Of a stretch of DNA of 64,000 bases, positions 1 through 8,917 are shown piece after piece. Position 1 is the stretch's first letter, and each line of letters starts with the position of its first letter. Source of the DNA: Polyangiaceae bacterium (GTDB lineage Bacteria; Myxococcota_A; Polyangia; Polyangiales; Polyangiaceae); assembly GCA_050287085.1 (NCBI GenBank), contig JBNKBE010000016.1, positions 32,001 to 96,000 on the forward strand, in the 5' to 3' direction. The notes under the pieces were generated by a model. The model made no database searches and had not been told where the DNA came from. It saw only the letters and a program-made list of their open reading frames with translations. A program made the position numbers and the translations under genes.

Positions 1-225
1 GCGTTCTTCCGGGGTGCGGTTGATGTGGACCGCCAGGTGTCGACAGGCCTGTGCGTAGCCGCAACCCCTCCTCTCAGTGCGGTGAGAGAAGTGTTCGCCG
101 AGCATCTCCAGCAGCTTCTGGTTCAGCGATAGTCCGTCGTCGGCGAACGCACGGACCAGCTCATGGACCTCTTCTTCATGGGCGGGTGTTTCCGGTATGG
201 CCATCTGGAAGGCGGGAGCGGACAT
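1..225 (-). CDS. Hypothetical protein, 5' part only (runs off the left window edge)
   Basis: Manual translation: ATG at 225 opens MSAPAFQMAIPETPAHEEEVHELVRAF...RGCGYAQACRHLAVHINRTPEER with no stop before base 1; divergent from the SCO gene. Not in the ORF track because it has no stop inside the window. Confidence 0.5.
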   Translation of the reverse strand, partial: MSAPAFQMAIPETPAHEEEVHELVRAFADDGLSLNQKLLEMLGEHFSHRTERRGCGYAQACRHLAVHINRTPEER

Positions 226-408
226 GGTCTTGGTTGGTCTGAGGACGATGAAGCCGGGGAAAGAAGTGATTCTTCCACAAACGACAGGCGCTGACCAAAG
301 GTTGCATGTTCACTTTCTCCTTCTCGCTGTCGTGTGCCGAGGTGTGTTCCTTGCGCATCGTGTGTTCTTTCCGGCTTTGCTCAATGGGGCGCCGTCTGAG
401 TCGTTGTT

Positions 409-1386
409 GTGAGCATGACCATTTGTCGCCGGGCATTCACCCGGGCCGGATTGCTGTTGGCGCTGGTCGGCTGCGAGGAGAGGCCCGAGCGCGTCAGCCG
501 TTTGGATGCGCTGCGTGAAACATATGTGCCCATAGCAGACCGCCTCGTGAAGGACGTCGACCTGGTTGACCACGACGGGCGGCGCTTCACGGATGCGAAC
601 CTCGAAGGGCGCTACAGCCTTGTATTCGTCGGGTATACGTCGTGTCCCGATGTATGTCCGCGGACGCTCGGCGTTGTGGCCCAGGCGCTGAAACAAGACG
701 CATTGCCGCCGGAACTCCAGGTGCTTTTCGTGTCGGTGGATCCCGAGCGCGATCAGCAGGGGCGGCTCGCTGCCTACGTGGGCCACTACGACAAAGGTCT
801 CGTGGGCTTGACCGGGGCGGAGGCCAACATTGGAGCATTCGTGGAAGCCTTGGGCGCGGCGTACGAGCGGCGCGATGACGGGTCAGGCTTCGTTACATTC
901 GACCACTCCACGTCGCTCTTCGTGATCGGGCCAGACCTTCGGGTGATAGCCGCCATCGTGCACCCCTCCGGCGCTGAGATGGTTGCCCAGGGGGTACTGC
1001 GCGCCACCCAAGGGTCACAAATCGGGCTCAGCGTGGAAGGGGCGTGGCTGCTTAGGGGGCCTCCGGTGGCCTCGGTTCTGGCGGGCTTTCTCACCGTGCA
1101 CAACCCGGGCGCGGCGGAGGTGACCATTCATGGGGCGGAGAGCCGCTGGTTTGACCGGGTGGCTTTTCACGAGACGGAGACGGATGCGCAAGGGCGAGCC
1201 CACATGCGCGCCCTTTCTAACTTGGTTGTGCCCGCGCACGGTGAGGCGTTGCTGCGACCTGGGGGCAAGCACCTCATGTTGATCGGACCACGCCCGGAGG
1301 TCTTCGAGCTGGAGCGGGTGCCCATTGCCCTGCTGCTAGGCGACGGAAGTAGGGTTAATGTGGCTCTCGACGTGCGAGACCATTGA
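409..1386 (+). CDS. SCO1/SenC family protein fused to a PCu(A)C copper chaperone domain (lipoprotein)
   Basis: Lipobox-like LVGC. SCO motifs GYTSCPDVCP, VSVDPERD and DHS. C-terminal PCuAC motifs (FHET..., HM, LRPGGKHLML). Confidence 0.9.
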   Translation: MSMTICRRAFTRAGLLLALVGCEERPERVSRLDALRETYVPIADRLVKDVDLVDHDGRRFTDANLEGRYSLVFVGYTSCPDVCPRTLGVVAQALKQDALPPELQVLFVSVDPERDQQGRLAAYVGHYDKGLVGLTGAEANIGAFVEALGAAYERRDDGSGFVTFDHSTSLFVIGPDLRVIAAIVHPSGAEMVAQGVLRATQGSQIGLSVEGAWLLRGPPVASVLAGFLTVHNPGAAEVTIHGAESRWFDRVAFHETETDAQGRAHMRALSNLVVPAHGEALLRPGGKHLMLIGPRPEVFELERVPIALLLGDGSRVNVALDVRDH

Positions 1387-2012
1387 GCGTGGACCATCGG
1401 GGCACGACCGCCCGTCGGGCAAGGACCCGTTGGCAGCAAGTCATCCATCGCGTCCTGCTGGCGTTGTGGCTTGTCGCAGCGCTCGTCGCGGTGGCGATGT
1501 TGATGGCCAACCATCTCGTTGCTATGCCCGTTCCAGAGGACGAGCGGCGGCTACGCGACGCCACGCGCGAGTTGCTCGGAGACGATTCTGGGCTTCGCGT
1601 TCTGCACGTCATTGCTCAGGACTGTTCCTGCACGCGCGGCCTTCTGGATGCCCTGATCGCACGGCGAGCGAGTCCGGAGCAGCGTGAGCTCGTGCTCTTC
1701 ATTGGACGTGACGTGGTCCTGGCAAGCTCGCTCGAAAGCGCGGGCTACGTCTACCGTGAAGCAACCCGGGAGCAGCTCTCTGAGCAACTGGGCATTGAAG
1801 CGGCTCCGCTGCTGGTGATTCTTGCGGATGACGACCTGGCCTACGTTGGGGGGTACTACCGGGAAGCGGCAACCGTCCGTGCGCGAGATGCTGAGTTGTT
1901 GGAGCGCGTTCGCCGGGGTGAACGACCCGATCCGCTGCCGCTCTATGGCTGTGCGGTGAGCGACTACCTCCGGGAAGCGATCGACCCCTTGGGCATTAGC
2001 AAGCTTCGCTAG
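1383..2012 (+). CDS. Membrane-anchored thioredoxin-like protein with CxC motif (DUF6436-like)
   Basis: N-terminal TM helix, HVIAQDCSCT, AAPLLVI...LAYVGGY and C-terminal LYGCAV; overlaps the SCO stop codon. Confidence 0.6.
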   Translation: MSVDHRGTTARRARTRWQQVIHRVLLALWLVAALVAVAMLMANHLVAMPVPEDERRLRDATRELLGDDSGLRVLHVIAQDCSCTRGLLDALIARRASPEQRELVLFIGRDVVLASSLESAGYVYREATREQLSEQLGIEAAPLLVILADDDLAYVGGYYREAATVRARDAELLERVRRGERPDPLPLYGCAVSDYLREAIDPLGISKLR

Positions 2013-2087
2013 AGTCGCGGCACTTCGCGTCTTTGTTTCAGTCGTCGAGCGACGAACCGTACAGGGGGAGGTGCAGACGGAGCAAAG

Positions 2088-4073
2088 ATGAGCAAGATTC
2101 TAGCCACCCTGATTCTTCCGCGGGAGATAACCGACTTCGAGCGCGCCTACGTGCAGCGCGTAAACAGAGTAGGGCTGCTCTTCTTTGCCCTACACCTGCC
2201 CGTGTTCGTCATCATAGCCTACCTCAACGATACTGGGCCGATGTCAGCCGTTGTTCTGACGAGCTTGGTACTCGCCGGGCCTGCTTTGGCTTTTCGGACT
2301 CAGGACAATCCGCGGACGGTAGGGCTCATCTATGGCGTTACGGCCATGTTGATGGGCGGACTGTTAGTCCATTTCGGGCAGGGTCCTGTGCAGATCGAGA
2401 TGCACTTCTACTTCTTTGCCCTCCTCGCTATGCTTGCGGTGTACGGCAATCCCATGGTCATTGTGACTGCGGCGGTCACGGTGGCGCTGCATCACCTCAT
2501 CGTGTGGATGGTGCTTCCGAGCAGCGTGTTCAACTACGACGCGCCGCTTTGGGTGGTGCTCGTGCATGCCGCATTCGTCGTGCTTGAGTCGATAGCCACG
2601 TGCACCATAGCGCGTAGCTTCTTTGACAATGTCATCGGGCTTGAGAAGGTGGTTCAGGCACGTACCGAGGCGTTGGACGCACGCAATCGAGCCATGCGAC
2701 TCGTACTGGACAACGTCAGCCAAGGATTCCTGACGATCAATGCCGAGGGGGTCATCGCCAACGAATACGCTCGGGTTATTGAGACCTGGTTTGGCGTCGT
2801 CCCTGAGGGGGCACGACTGGGCGACTACTTGGAGCCTCACGACTCTGGCTTGGCCGATTCCTTTCGGCTCGGCTGGGACGAAGTTGTGGCCGACATCATG
2901 CCGCTCGAGCTTACGATTGCTCAGCTACCGCGAGCGGCGTCGATTGAGGGACGCGAATTTCGCTTTGACTACACACCACTGATCAAGGACGACAGACTCG
3001 AGGGCGCCTTGGTGGTGGTCAGTGATCAGAGCGCAGCTTTGGCTCAACTTCGGCTCGAGGCCGAGCAGAGAGAGGTGTTCCGCATCTTCGAGCGCGTGTT
3101 GCGCGACAAGGCTGGCTTCCTGGAGTACTTCGAAGAAGCCAACGAGCTTGTTGAGCTCATCGTCAGTGATCGCGTGACCGAGACCGAGGAACTCAAGCGC
3201 GTGCTGCATACCCTCAAGGGCAACTCGATGATCTTTGGGATCGATACCGTAGCGGAGCTTTGCCACGACATGGAGACCGCTATTGCGGAAGAACAGCGGC
3301 GTCCGACGCGGGACGCGCGAACCTTGTTGGAGCAGCGGTGGGAGGCTCTGCGTGCCAATCTGGACGCGCTGATCGGAACCGATCGCGGCAAGCTCGAAAT
3401 CGAGGACTCGGACTACGCGAGCACGCTTCACGCGGTGCTTTCTCACAAGCCCTACGAGGACATCGCGGAGCTGGTCGGGGCCTGGCGTTTGGAGCCGACG
3501 GAGCGTAGACTGCAACGTATCGCTGACCAAGCCAAGGGCCTGGCACGACGCATGAACAAGGAGATCGAGGTCTCCATTTCAGCGGGGGAAGGCCTGCGAC
3601 TCGAGCCGCAGCGCTGGGCGCCGTTTTGGAGCGCCTTTATCCATGTGTTGCGCAACGCCGTGGACCACGGAATCGAGTCCGAGGAAGAGCGCAACAATGC
3701 GGGGAAGACCCCTATAGGCAAGTTGACGGTTTCGACCGCAACAACGGCAAACGAGTTTGTCATCACTGTCGTCGACGACGGACGCGGGATCGATTGGGAG
3801 GCTGTGAGGACCAAGGCTAGGGCGGCGGGCTTGAGCGTCTCAACGCAGCGGGAACTCACTGACGCCTTGTTCCAGGATGGCGTGTCTACGCGCGACGTCG
3901 TGAGCGCATTCTCGGGTCGCGGCGTTGGCATGGGCGCGGTAAGGGTTGCGACGGAAATGCGAAGCGGCCGCATCGACGTGAAGTCGGTTGCCGGCCAAGG
4001 GACGTCTATTGGCTTTCGCTTTCCCCTCGCTGAGATGGCAGCTGACCCTGCCGACCAGTTTCGCGCAGCTTGA
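2088..4073 (+). CDS. Membrane sensor + PAS-like + Hpt + CheA-type HATPase histidine kinase (no CheW domain)
   Basis: About 6 TM helices with EMHF...ALHH...LVHA. Hpt LHTLKG, CheA N-box HVLRNAVDHG, DDGRGID and SGRGVGM. Protein ends just after the ATPase domain. Confidence 0.85.
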   Translation: MSKILATLILPREITDFERAYVQRVNRVGLLFFALHLPVFVIIAYLNDTGPMSAVVLTSLVLAGPALAFRTQDNPRTVGLIYGVTAMLMGGLLVHFGQGPVQIEMHFYFFALLAMLAVYGNPMVIVTAAVTVALHHLIVWMVLPSSVFNYDAPLWVVLVHAAFVVLESIATCTIARSFFDNVIGLEKVVQARTEALDARNRAMRLVLDNVSQGFLTINAEGVIANEYARVIETWFGVVPEGARLGDYLEPHDSGLADSFRLGWDEVVADIMPLELTIAQLPRAASIEGREFRFDYTPLIKDDRLEGALVVVSDQSAALAQLRLEAEQREVFRIFERVLRDKAGFLEYFEEANELVELIVSDRVTETEELKRVLHTLKGNSMIFGIDTVAELCHDMETAIAEEQRRPTRDARTLLEQRWEALRANLDALIGTDRGKLEIEDSDYASTLHAVLSHKPYEDIAELVGAWRLEPTERRLQRIADQAKGLARRMNKEIEVSISAGEGLRLEPQRWAPFWSAFIHVLRNAVDHGIESEEERNNAGKTPIGKLTVSTATTANEFVITVVDDGRGIDWEAVRTKARAAGLSVSTQRELTDALFQDGVSTRDVVSAFSGRGVGMGAVRVATEMRSGRIDVKSVAGQGTSIGFRFPLAEMAADPADQFRAA

Positions 4074-4187
4074 GGCCGTTGCAACTGGCAACCAGGTGTG
4101 TGCCCTGGGTCGTATCGCCCTGCAGATGCAGTCGTCGTCGGAGTCGTTCCGGTCGGAGGTCGCCGCAGATGAGCAGCGTGGGTAGGG

Positions 4188-4243
4188 CGAGGACTTGGCA
4201 AAGCCCAGCGGGGGAGTTCCGGACCGGCTATCCATCAAGGTTG
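4188..4243 (+). repeat. 56-bp dispersed intergenic repeat, copy 1
   Basis: CGAGGACTTGGCAAAGCCC...CTATCCATCAAGGTTG; 51/56 identical (manual comparison) to the reverse complement of 12885-12940. Confidence 0.85.
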
Positions 4244-4409
4244 CGGACAACGCCACGTCTTGGCTGAACGCAACGGTCGGGCTTTCAGCGGTAGCAGAGA
4301 GCTCGACCGTTGCGTCTTGCCTCAAGGTGCGTTCGCAAAGGGTGCAATTATCGCGCTCCAGGTGTTGGACCTTCTACAGGCGACCCGTTGTCGACCGTAT
4401 CTGAAGTTG

Positions 4410-6530
4410 ATGTGGGGTGTGTCAGCAGCGGCAGCGTTCAAGCGCAATTTTCTCGATCGCGGCGTCGAGCTAGCGGACTCTGGGCGCAAGCAGCGACAGA
4501 TCCGAACCGCCAACGCCGCGGGTATGCTCCTCGCAGCCCTGTCTTTGCCACACGTTGTGCTGTTTGCGCTGACTGGTGGCGTCGAGCCGGCGATCATTCT
4601 GGGGGTGGCTTCCGGCTCATACCTCAGCCCGCTGGTCTTCAATTCACGGGGCTGGTTCTGGCTTGGGCGCGCCATTCCGCAGTTGGTGGCAAGTGTGGTT
4701 GCGACCGTTCTTGCCGGGGCGCTGGGCGGGACGACCAGCGCGGATGTGATCATGTTTGCGCTGTCGGGGTGGGCCTTCGCGCTTTTTGACGCCCGCCGCG
4801 AGCCTTTCAGTTTGTTGTTGCTCAGTCTGACTCCGATCGTGGGCTTTGTGATCGTTGGCAGCGGCGTCGATCTCGGGGTGCCTCGCTTCCCCATGGAGCC
4901 TCTGACTCACCGTGTGGTGGCTGTCACGGGTGGTCTTATTGCCTTCCTGCTCTTCGTTCTAGCCTTGTTGATTGTCACGCGACGCGAACAGCTGGCGGAA
5001 GACGAGCTGCTAGCCACTGTGGCTCAGCTGCGCGCTGAGGTGACCGGTCGACAAGCGGCTGAGTTGGCGGCCTTGTCTGCGCGCGACGAAGCGCTTGCTG
5101 CCGAGAGGGCAAAGACGGAGTTTCTCGCTGTCGTGAGCCATGAGCTTCGCACGCCGATGAATGGCATCATCGGAGGGACGGAGCTCATCGCCGATACTCA
5201 GCTGGACTCCGAACAAAGAGACCTCGTGGACGTCGTGCGCTCGTCTTCCGGCTTCCTGCAGATGCTTATCGAGGACATCCTGGCCTTCTCGAGCCTCGAG
5301 TCCAAGCACATCCAGCTGGCGCGTGCCCCCGTTGATGTTCGCGCCCTCATCGGGGAGAGTATGGACGGTTTGCGGGAGCGAGCGGCGGAGCAGGGGCTTT
5401 GGCTCAACGTGGACATCGAGCCAAGCGTACCGCATGTCATTGCAGCGGACGCCATCCGGCTCCGTCAGGTCGTCCAGAACTTGGTAGGCAACGCGATCAA
5501 GTTCACGCCGCGCGGCCGCGTCGAGGTTCGTGTTCGGCATGCGCCGGGAGAAGACGAGCAGAAGATTCGCTTGATCATGGACGTTGTCGACACCGGCATT
5601 GGGGTTCCGGTCGAGCTCAGAAGGACGATCTTCCAGCGCTTCAGGCAGGCGGATTCGTCCCACACGCGCCGTTTTGGAGGTCTCGGCCTAGGCCTTGCTA
5701 TCACCAGCGGCCTAGTTGAGCTCATGGGTGGCGAGCTGACCGTCTCGGAAGGCGTCGAGGCCGGCGCTTGTTTCACGTTCCAGGCCCCCTTTGAGGTACT
5801 CGTGCGCGCCGTGCCGCAGCCCCGGAAGCCCATAGCCGCCGCTGTGGTCCTGACGGGCATAGCCCAAGAAGCCCTGGTGCATGCATTGCAGGGAGAGGGC
5901 GTTCGGATAGTTCCGAATCTCGTCGCTGCCGACATGATATTCGCGCCTTCTTTGGACGATATTCCAGAGCCGTTCCGCGGGCGTACCATCCTGACCTCTT
6001 CGGAAGCCAGCTGCAGAGATCCTCGCGTGCTTGCCTTGCCCATACGTTGGAGCCAGCTGCGCCGGCTGACGCAGGAATTCTGCCAACCTACGGCACCGCC
6101 TGCCGCGCAAGCGGCCGCGCAGGTCGTTTCGGTGCCCCCCGAGGTCCTGATCGTCGAAGACAACCCTGTAAACCAGCGTGTGCTTGTTCATCTCTTGCGC
6201 AAGCTTGGGGTCAGGGCCTCGGTCGCAGAAAACGGACGCGACGGTTTGGAGCGGGCAAAAAGTGGCAAGTACGCCCTGATCCTTATGGATGTGCAGATGC
6301 CCGAAATGGATGGACTAGAGGCGACGCGTCGCATTCGGGAGTTGGCGGACATTCCGCGTCCCACGATCGTGGGCGTCAGTGCCAACGCGTATCCAGAGGA
6401 TCTGGAACAAGCCAGAGAAGCGGGCATGGACGGCTACCTTGCCAAACCCATCAAGCTTGGGAAGCTAGAGCCCGTGATCGCTGCTGCGTCCACTTGTGAA
6501 GCGGTGGCGGCAGATGCGCTGCGCAAGTGA
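4410..6530 (+). CDS. Hybrid sensor histidine kinase/response regulator with multi-TM input
   Basis: SHELRTPM H-box, NLVGNAIKF, DTGIG, GGLGLGL; C-terminal REC (VEDN...LMDVQMP...KP). Start uncertain (frame open from 4260). Confidence 0.9.
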   Translation: MWGVSAAAAFKRNFLDRGVELADSGRKQRQIRTANAAGMLLAALSLPHVVLFALTGGVEPAIILGVASGSYLSPLVFNSRGWFWLGRAIPQLVASVVATVLAGALGGTTSADVIMFALSGWAFALFDARREPFSLLLLSLTPIVGFVIVGSGVDLGVPRFPMEPLTHRVVAVTGGLIAFLLFVLALLIVTRREQLAEDELLATVAQLRAEVTGRQAAELAALSARDEALAAERAKTEFLAVVSHELRTPMNGIIGGTELIADTQLDSEQRDLVDVVRSSSGFLQMLIEDILAFSSLESKHIQLARAPVDVRALIGESMDGLRERAAEQGLWLNVDIEPSVPHVIAADAIRLRQVVQNLVGNAIKFTPRGRVEVRVRHAPGEDEQKIRLIMDVVDTGIGVPVELRRTIFQRFRQADSSHTRRFGGLGLGLAITSGLVELMGGELTVSEGVEAGACFTFQAPFEVLVRAVPQPRKPIAAAVVLTGIAQEALVHALQGEGVRIVPNLVAADMIFAPSLDDIPEPFRGRTILTSSEASCRDPRVLALPIRWSQLRRLTQEFCQPTAPPAAQAAAQVVSVPPEVLIVEDNPVNQRVLVHLLRKLGVRASVAENGRDGLERAKSGKYALILMDVQMPEMDGLEATRRIRELADIPRPTIVGVSANAYPEDLEQAREAGMDGYLAKPIKLGKLEPVIAAASTCEAVAADALRK

Positions 6531-6731
6531 TGGCTGGTTGCGAGTCAAAGTGCCGCACTGCGTTTGGAGTATCCCAAGCCGCCATGGTTGTGTGTCTATG
6601 TAGTTGCGTGTGGGGTGCTTGAAGTTTGTCGGGGTGTCTCGGGGGCCTGGCAGGTCGCTTTGCTCTGCTTGAGCGCCGCGAGGCGCGCCTTTGGCGTTGA
6701 ATGAGGCAGCGTGCATGGCTAGTAAGAGCCC

Positions 6732-7040
6732 ATGCTAGTGCACTCGGTATACTTCTGGTTCAAATCCGACGCGGATCCCGCGGTGGTGGCTCGCTTTGAG
6801 CAGGGCTTGGCGCGACTTGCGACCATTCCGGACATCGAGACCGCTCGCTACGGTAGGCCAGCGGCAACGCCCAAGCGGGACGCTATCGACGATAGCTATG
6901 CCTGGGCCCTGGTCGAGACGTTTGCGGACTTGGCGGCGCACGATCGCTATCAAGAGCATCAGATTCATCAGGAGTTCTTGCAAGAATTCGCGTCGAGCTG
7001 GGAGAAGGTCCAGGTGTACGACGTGCGAGTCAGTTCCTAA
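6732..7040 (+). CDS. Dabb family stress-responsive alpha/beta barrel protein
   Basis: HSVYFWFK...F.DLAAHDRYQEH..H...VQVYD signature. Confidence 0.85.
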   Translation: MLVHSVYFWFKSDADPAVVARFEQGLARLATIPDIETARYGRPAATPKRDAIDDSYAWALVETFADLAAHDRYQEHQIHQEFLQEFASSWEKVQVYDVRVSS

Positions 7041-7053
7041 GGAGATGTTGGCA

Positions 7054-7881
7054 ATGTGGGTACATCGATGGGTTGGCTCTTGTCCTCAGATGGCGCTTAT
7101 CGGCGCCATCTCGACTCTGTCGCTAGCGTGCGGCAATCAAGACGCTCAGGGTGGCGCTGACGCGGGACAGGACGCGGGACGAATCCAGCAGACGCAAGAT
7201 GCCGGGAAGACGAGCCGCCCTAAGCCAGATGTCGCCGCGCTCGACGGCTCAGACGCGTCGGGGGAGGATGCTGCCCAGAAGGAGACCTCAGAGACCACGC
7301 CTCGGGATGCCGGATCTGACGGAGACTTGAAGCCGACAGACGGGGGCACTGATGCGGACGGAGGCCCAGGCGCCGATGCCGCCAGTGAACCCGCTGAGAC
7401 CGATGCGGGAAGTGGTTCGTCCACGCTTCCCGATATTAGCCTCGGGGGAATTTTGCTCATCGTGAGCGAGAGCACGAGTATGACCTTCCCCGAGGGCGTT
7501 TACCCGCAGCTCAACTACGTAGTGAGTTCTCCTAATACGGGGCGCAGCGTGACCTATCAACCGGCGCCCCTGGAGGCGGCCAGCGGCAGCTCTACCCTGA
7601 CCGCGGCCGTGGGTGACACTCCGAATGACGTCACGGGCGAAGAAAGCTGCGCGGTGCGCCACTTGGAGTTGCGTTATCCCGGCGCTACCGGTCTGTATCA
7701 GCCGGCCAACGCGGATCGCCAGCTGGAATGCACGCTTCAATGGGAGAAGAGAGCGGACGGCCTCTTTGTCGGTTCGTTCAGCGGCAAGTTCTACCGTGTC
7801 GACCTCAAGACCAGTCTGCGCGACGAAGACGAGTGGGTAGACGTGGAGGCGGACTTCGTTTTCGATCCCAAGAAACGTTAG
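7054..7881 (+). CDS. Hypothetical lipoprotein with low-complexity DAG-rich linker
   Basis: AAGGAG RBS before ATG 7054; lipobox SLAC; DAG repeats followed by a globular domain. Confidence 0.65.
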   Translation: MWVHRWVGSCPQMALIGAISTLSLACGNQDAQGGADAGQDAGRIQQTQDAGKTSRPKPDVAALDGSDASGEDAAQKETSETTPRDAGSDGDLKPTDGGTDADGGPGADAASEPAETDAGSGSSTLPDISLGGILLIVSESTSMTFPEGVYPQLNYVVSSPNTGRSVTYQPAPLEAASGSSTLTAAVGDTPNDVTGEESCAVRHLELRYPGATGLYQPANADRQLECTLQWEKRADGLFVGSFSGKFYRVDLKTSLRDEDEWVDVEADFVFDPKKR

Positions 7882-7924
7882 GCCAGCGGCCGCCAGGCGG
7901 CCCGGCTAATACGCGGCCCGGCTC

Positions 7925-8803
7925 CTAGGCGGCCCTGCGTCGCTCGGACGGGGCCGGCGCGAGCGCCAAGCCGACTCCTCCCAGGATTAGCAGGGTGGCA
8001 ATCATGAGGCGAGGCGCCAGGGCTTCCCCCATGAATGCGACGCCGTAGGCGGCTGCCAGAACAGGCACGCTCAGCTGCACGATCGAGGCTTGGGTCGTCG
8101 TCAGCCCCTGAAGGGCGCCATACCAAATGGCGTAGCCGCAGCCAGACGCGAGGGCACCCGAAGCTATGGCGAGTGCCGCTCCGTTTGTGCTCAAGCTTGC
8201 GTCCGCTCCTTGTACGGCGGATACGGCAAGCATCATCGGGGCACAGGTAATGAAGTTATTGGCTGTGCTGGTCAACGGGTCGTCCACGCTCTGGCCATCG
8301 CCGCTCCGTCGCCCGCGCAAGGAATAGAGACCCCACGCTATGCCGGCGGTGGCCATCAGCAGTGAACCGACCCAGGAGGGGGCTGTTACCCCCGGCAAGA
8401 GCAGGTACAAGAGCCCGCCTGCCGCGAGCAGGGTGCCGGCCCACTGCGCTGGTCTTGGGCGCTCGCCGCTTCGCAAGGCGGCTGTGAGCATTGTCAGCTG
8501 CACGCATGCAAATAGCACCAACGCGCCCGTGCCGGTCGTGAGCTCGACGTAGGCGAAGGAAAACGGCGCGACGTACATCCCCAGCGCGAGGGCCGCACCC
8601 AGGTTGGCGCGGAATCGAAAAGAGCGCGAGCGCACTCGCGCCAGGAGCGCCAGTACAGCGGCACCGCTTACAACCCGAAGACTCGAGAAAGTCGCCGGAT
8701 CGAGCTCGCCCTTGCCCAAAGCCAGGCGACACAAGACGGAGTTTGCGGCAAAGGCAACCATGGCCAGCGCGGTCGTGAATAGAACTTTGGGCGCTGCAGC
8801 CAT
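7925..8803 (-). CDS. DMT/EamA family transporter
   Basis: AFAANS.LCRLAL motif, about 10 TM helices, QLSVPVLAA. Confidence 0.9.
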   Translation of the reverse strand: MAAAPKVLFTTALAMVAFAANSVLCRLALGKGELDPATFSSLRVVSGAAVLALLARVRSRSFRFRANLGAALALGMYVAPFSFAYVELTTGTGALVLFACVQLTMLTAALRSGERPRPAQWAGTLLAAGGLLYLLLPGVTAPSWVGSLLMATAGIAWGLYSLRGRRSGDGQSVDDPLTSTANNFITCAPMMLAVSAVQGADASLSTNGAALAIASGALASGCGYAIWYGALQGLTTTQASIVQLSVPVLAAAYGVAFMGEALAPRLMIATLLILGGVGLALAPAPSERRRAA

Positions 8804-8917
8804 CACCGGGGCGTAGAGCAATTCGTGTGTACCCTCAACCCGACTTCGGAAGGGGTCCGCACGATTTCGCTGTGCCTCGCGGCGTGAATCGCGAGCGTTC
8901 TTGAGCGCGGCGGGCGT

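Noticed and set aside
2088..4073. Calling this gene or 52277-54241 canonical cheA of a chemotaxis operon
   Set aside because: No CheW/P5 domain, the Hpt is internal, and no cheW/cheY/MCP/cheR/cheB genes are nearby.
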